Shown piece by piece: positions 8,081 through 12,000 of a stretch of DNA of 12,000 bases (position 1 is its first letter; each line of letters begins with the position of its first letter). A program made the translations under genes and the position numbers. The stretch comes from Takakia lepidozioides (lineage: Eukaryota > Plantae > Bryophyta). The stretch lies in the NCBI GenBank assembly GCA_030704615.1, contig JAKLZA010000112.1:1-12000 (forward strand), read 5' to 3'. Under the pieces are notes generated by a model. The model had not been told where the DNA came from. It saw only the letters and a program-made list of their open reading frames with translations, and did no database searches.

Positions 8081-10187
8081 ATCATTGCCACTTCCAGTCT
8101 CATCTCTTCCTCTTCTACTGGAGGTATTAGTTTGGCTTTACTTCTTGTTACTATCATTGTACTTACTTCTGGTACAACACATGGCCTAACCATGTGAGCT
8201 GCCACCACTGGCCCTCATTCACAGGAGCTCTCATCTCATTCTGGTGTCTTATCCAAATGAACAGGCTGCCTTGCGATGTCCTGGCTGATTACAATAGTAA
8301 CATAGCTCTTCACCATTGGGTCCTCGCCCTTGGTCTGTTCTTGGATTATTTCTATAATCCTGATTCCCGGGCTGGTAATTCCCCTTGGATTACCCTGATA
8401 GTTGCCTCTGGAATTCCTTGGTAATTCCCTCTTGAATTACCTCTCCCTTCCATGCCATTGTTATAACCACCAGACCTACCATAGTGGTCGTGATCATTGT
8501 TTCTTCTTGGCTGGGGCTGCACCTGATGCACCCTTACTTGCCTAGGTTCTTTGCAGCTGTCCTTCTGTTGTAGTAACAATTCTCAGTAGAATGGTTATCC
8601 ATTTTACAGATAGTACAGTGTTTCTCTCCTTCATGTGGCATTCTGTGGTGGTATGGCTTCATTCTGGCACTTTTGCACACCATACACCCCCTCCAATGTG
8701 TTGCAGCCTCTGTGGCATACTTCTTCAAGATTTCTTCCAATTTTTTTCATAGTTATCCCTCTTCCACTTCTCCTTTCTCTTACTCTTCCTTTTAGTTCTT
8801 GCTCTTCTTCTTCATTTGACTCATCCTCAGAGTCCTCATCTTCTTTTTCTCTCTCCTGAGCATTCCCATTGCTCAATTCTGTTCGCAGTTCAAATGCCTC
8901 CTCCACTGTTTATGGGGTAACATATCCACTTTCTTTTGCAACTCCGGTCTTAGTCCACTCACAAACCAAGTCTTCTGTAACCCGGGGGCGCTGGTACTGC
9001 CCAGCTTTTCATCATCAATTCCATCTTCTCCATATACTCTTCAACAGTTTCATGCTTCTTTTGCTTTAGCTGTTGTAAACTTCCATACACTTCATCCTCA
9101 GTTTTACTTGTCCTGAACTATTTTGGAATGCTGTATTCAGCCATTCAGTTTAGGAATGATTTATCAGGGATCTTGCATACCATTCACTTGCTTTCTTGAT
9201 AAGTGAACAAGGAAACAGTCTCATCTTGGCATCATCATCGCCATTCTCATTGTTCACTATACACATGTTCTCAAATTGGCTAATGTGTACTCAGGGATCC
9301 CCTTTTCCTGAATATATTGGAAAGGGTGTTTTGCCCGTGTTGGTTGTAACGCCATCTGTGGCCCTACCTTCTGCCCACTGACAGTGCTGGCACCCCCCCT
9401 TGCTGTGCTGGTCCTTCTGGACCTTGTTGTTTTTTGTGTGGATCTCCACCAAGTGTGGGCCCTTGAGCCTCCCTGCTTCCGGCCCCACGATTTCACAGTA
9501 TTCCCAGCTTCAGTTGCACTACTTCCCACACTCCCTGTCCCGCCCAGAGCCAGATCCAGGCAGCCCGCCTGATCCCCCTGAGCCGACACCTTCGTTGGCC
9601 TGTGATCCAAGTGCTCCACTTGATCCAGGTCCAACGGGTTGGGATGTCCTGGTTGTAGTCTCAACCTCAGCTGTTGGGTCTACTTCTTCATATTCTTCCT
9701 CTTCCAATTTCTTCTCTCTGTTTTCATCCTCCAAGTTCTGCCCTTGGGTTTCTTCTTCACTCATGTAACTCAACTGTAATGGTGTTGGAGAGTCTGAACT
9801 CTCCGTTGGCTCTGCCACATCCTCTCTCCTTCTTCACCTTCTGCTTCAGAAACTGGAGTTCCTGCTTTTTGGTGTTCCATGCCAACTCTTATCAAAGATT
9901 TCTGTCAAGTCTTTTATCCAAGGATGTACCTCAGATCTTTCACCTCGTGATTGATCTTCTTCCTGTACCAATTCCCTTAATCTTTCTTGCAAAGAAACAG
10001 AAGGAGTGGCATCCAACTCTAGTTCTTCCGGTATAGGTGATGCACTCTTTGATCTTAATGGTGTGAGAGGTCCAGATGATTCCCCTATGTCTATTCCTCT
10101 CTCCCAAAGATATGGATAATTAGCTTTCAGATAGCTTTCTCTTTTTGCTGAATATCTCTGTCGTCTAGCTTCTCTTTCATCACTCAT
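8081..10187 (-). pseudogene. gag: gag, with multiple frameshifts and in-frame stops
   Basis: Manual translation across frames gives FPIYSGKGDP*VHISQFENMC..DDAKMRLFPCSLIKKASEWY (Retrotrans_gag-like, ~9320..9175) and the MHR-like LQQLKQKKHETVEEY (~9080..9033). CCHC knuckles are CTICKMDNHSTENC (8617..8576) and CYYCNQPGHRKAAC (8302..8261), plus a frameshifted one near 8680..8638. A VTRS-type motif lies near 8150. Confidence 0.9.
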
Positions 10188-10208
10188 GTCCCATGTCTTT
10201 CATTTCTT

Positions 10209-10790
10209 TTAATGTGGCAATAACCAAAACTCTCTTCTGTAATATCTCTCGTATATGCCTGGGTTTCTTTCAAGCTTCAATGCACCCTTGGCTATACTTG
10301 AAGTCTCCGTTACCATATAACCATATGGCAAACAAGTCTGAAAAGCTGTTCTTGGTGTGAGTTTGATCCACAAAATATCCTTTGGAATCCAATTCTTTAC
10401 CAGTACAAGCTCTTCATGCATATGAGTATAAACATTCACCTTTCTTTCTTCCCAGCCTCAAACTCTACTCGTTTAATGGATAGCAATGCTATCACATAAA
10501 CCAATGTTGGTAACCAACGTGCTCTTCCTCTACAGGCTACCTGATAAATCTTTATCACTCCTTTCTCCAGACCCCATTCTGGATCAGCATCATGCACTCT
10601 TAAGAATATTTTCTTTACAACCGTCTGGCAATTCCAAGAACCTTTGAAAGAATTGTTGGACAATCTTTCTTCCTTCGTTCCACAGGGAATTTGATTCACT
10701 TCAAATTCTTTAATGGTCCAACCACCATGATCCCACCAGATGCCTGTCACATCTGGTTGTTCATGTCCAGGTCCCCAGTATGGTCGCCAA
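10209..10790 (-). pseudogene. Possible extra 5' ORF or Gag N-terminal extension of unknown function, split by a frameshift near 10440
   Basis: Two abutting minus-strand frames (10750..10436 and 10439..10209; the first stays open back through the PBS) fill the PBS-gag interval. The junction is in an A/G-rich run. No recognised motif. Confidence 0.4.
10772..10789 (-). promoter_or_regulatory. Primer binding site, likely tRNA-Arg
   Basis: Minus strand TGGCGACCATACTGGGGA, 2 nt after the LTR-terminal CA. It is complementary to a tRNA 3' end UCCCCAGUAUGGUCGCCA and resembles the tRNA-Arg PBS (TGGCGACTCCACTGGGGA type) of Ogre/Tat-related elements. Confidence 0.85.
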
Positions 10791-10791
10791 A

Positions 10792-11720
10792 TGTCGCGCG
10801 GCTTTTACTCACCCATCCTTCGCTATCGAGGCGGAAACTCCAAGATAGAAGAGTTGGAAATCTCTAAGTACTCAGCCCGCGCAGAACAATCAGTCATGAC
10901 CTACAGCTAGTGTATCATGGGGGTGTTTCCTATTTGTTTCCCTTTTGGCATTCATGTTAGCTATCTTACCATTGATAATTAAGTATCAGTTTGCTTCATC
11001 AATCTATTGGATTCCATCAACTCATCCATTCATTCCACAGCTTCACTCAGATCTCTCTACACAGTGTGATTGTATCGTAAAAGTATCAGATTATGATTTA
11101 TCAGGTATCAGGCCGAAGCCATTGTGTCTCTAATCTGCTCTACAATATCATTACAGCCTTGCATATATCAAGCATCTACTCATCCTCTCTCTTCACTTCC
11201 GTTCTTCATCTCTGCCCGATCCCCTCTCCTCATGACCAAGAAGTCCTCTCCGAATGATATCCCTCAATTCCCCGTTTTCCCTTTATCTTCCTATCCGTGG
11301 TTCTAACCGTTTCCCTCACTAACCGTCGTCGTGAACTAACATGTTCCCTTCGCAGTGTTGTTCCCCACAGTCGTTCCCTGTCCTACTCTTCGTTCCCTAT
11401 GATCGTGACAGCTGTGTCAAGCTGTGACTGGCTGTGTGAAACTGTGACGGGCTGTGACTGGCTGTGCGACTGTGTTTGGCTGTGTCGGGCTGTGACTGGC
11501 TGTGTGGCTGTGTTGTGTGTCGCTGTGACGACTGTGACGGGCTGTGTGTGGCTGTGTTGCTGTGTGTGACGGCTGTGTTGGCTGTGTCGGCTGTGACGAC
11601 TGTGTTGTGTAACCCCCCTCTACAGTGCGCTGCTGTCACCCCTAAGGCTCCTGTTGGTCTCAGTCTGTGCAAAAATTAAGGGTACCCTACAGATCCCGTA
11701 TAAGTGTCTAAGTCCCGACA
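10792..11720 (-). repeat. 5' LTR (~929 bp)
   Basis: The inner end is fixed by ...CGCGACA lying 2 nt before the PBS. The outer end is inferred: the minus strand starts TGTCGGGAC at 11720, giving a perfect 5-bp terminal inverted repeat TGTCG/CGACA, and an unrelated protease-like frame begins immediately beyond it. The second LTR is not in the window, so the outer boundary is unverified (alternative at 11410). Confidence 0.7.
11411..11610. repeat. Degenerate 8-10-bp GCTGTG tandem array in the putative U3 of the LTR
   Basis: About 20 CTGTG copies, in strict 10-bp register at 11412..11462 and looser afterwards. Same core and orientation as the 3821..4060 array. Confidence 0.93.
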
Positions 11721-12000
11721 GTCCAACACCTTGCATTTTCCAAATTCAAATATCTTTGGGTGGTTCAGAGATGGCGCGAGGGATTACACGCCATGAGCTC
11801 TTCATTCAATTGCAGCTAGATCATCCTACGGATGGCTCAGTCATGAGAGCTAAAGCCATTGTTACAGACGCAATGTCCTATGATGTGCTTGTTGGTGGGG
11901 CTGTGTTGTACCCCATGGGCTTTACTTTGGACTTTTGGGAGGAAACGACATCCTACAGGCTGGAATGGCAGTCAGGGGATGGTTGACGTGCACTGCTCCC
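11721..12000 (+). pseudogene. Decayed retroelement aspartic-protease C-terminal fragment (flanking target element)
   Basis: PCIFQIQISLGGSEMARGIT...AIVTDAMSYDVLVGGAVLYPMGFTLDFW fits the retropepsin flap and YD(V/I)L(L/V)G motifs. The catalytic D(T/S)G part is missing, cut at the proposed LTR edge. TGA at 11984 may be a mutated CGA. Confidence 0.6.

Larger units (their letters stand above)
1..11720 (-). mobile_element. Ty3/Gypsy LTR retrotransposon, non-chromoviral (Athila/Phygy-like), with extra 3' ORFs; 3' end beyond the left edge of the window
   Basis: Order on the minus strand is LTR-PBS-gag-PR-RT-RH-IN, with integrase after RNase H (Gypsy order). RT motifs KDPFPLPF / SFMDGFSGYNQ / VFLDDFSVY and the RH-IN linker ADHLSRL..IDDQLPD resemble Athila-like non-chromoviruses. 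Lineage assignment is by eye, not by phylogeny. Confidence 0.95.

Noticed and set aside
5600-10036. Short + strand ORFs over gag-pol
   Set aside because: They are antisense shadows, S/F/L-rich because the sense strand is purine-rich.
10436-10439. GTGA start-stop overlap as a second coupling site
   Set aside because: It needs a non-ATG start and lies in an indel-rich region next to an A-rich run, so a frameshift lesion is more likely.
11404-11410. Alternative LTR outer end (CGTGACA)
   Set aside because: It gives a plausible imperfect TIR, but 11720 gives a perfect TGTCG/CGACA and coincides with the break in the flanking protease frame. It is not fully excluded.
11611-11622. Polypurine tract (AGAGGGGGG on the minus strand)
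   Set aside because: It is not followed by an LTR-initial TG and lies within the proposed 5' LTR. The real PPT should be beyond the left edge.
11297-11679. Cys/Val-rich and His/Ser/Thr-rich ORFs
   Set aside because: They are translations of the GCTGTG array, not metallothionein-like genes.

Overview
The window holds most of a eukaryotic Ty3/Gypsy (Metaviridae) LTR retrotransposon on the minus strand, probably from a plant and plausibly a non-seed plant (inference). From right to left it has: a 5' LTR (~11720..10792, TGTCG...CGACA); a tRNA-Arg-type PBS (10789..10772); a possible extra 5' ORF; a frameshift-riddled gag with an MHR and three CCHC knuckles; and a near-intact pol (PR-RT-RH-IN with a GPY/F motif, no chromodomain, no extra archaeal-type RNase H, one frameshift at ~5567). 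These features fit a non-chromoviral, Athila/Phygy-like element. Downstream of pol is an unusual accessory cassette: a 10-bp-phased CTGTG/CACAG array (also present in the LTR U3), a CpG-richer spacer, and an intact 851-aa ORF (plant-transposon-protein-like N-domain plus a long coiled coil). A further >=271-codon ORF, missing from the supplied ORF track, starts inside that ORF's stop codon (TAATG overlap), which suggests termination-reinitiation coupling. The element appears to be inserted into a decayed protease-coding fragment of another retroelement (11721..12000, + strand). The PPT and 3' LTR lie beyond the left edge.
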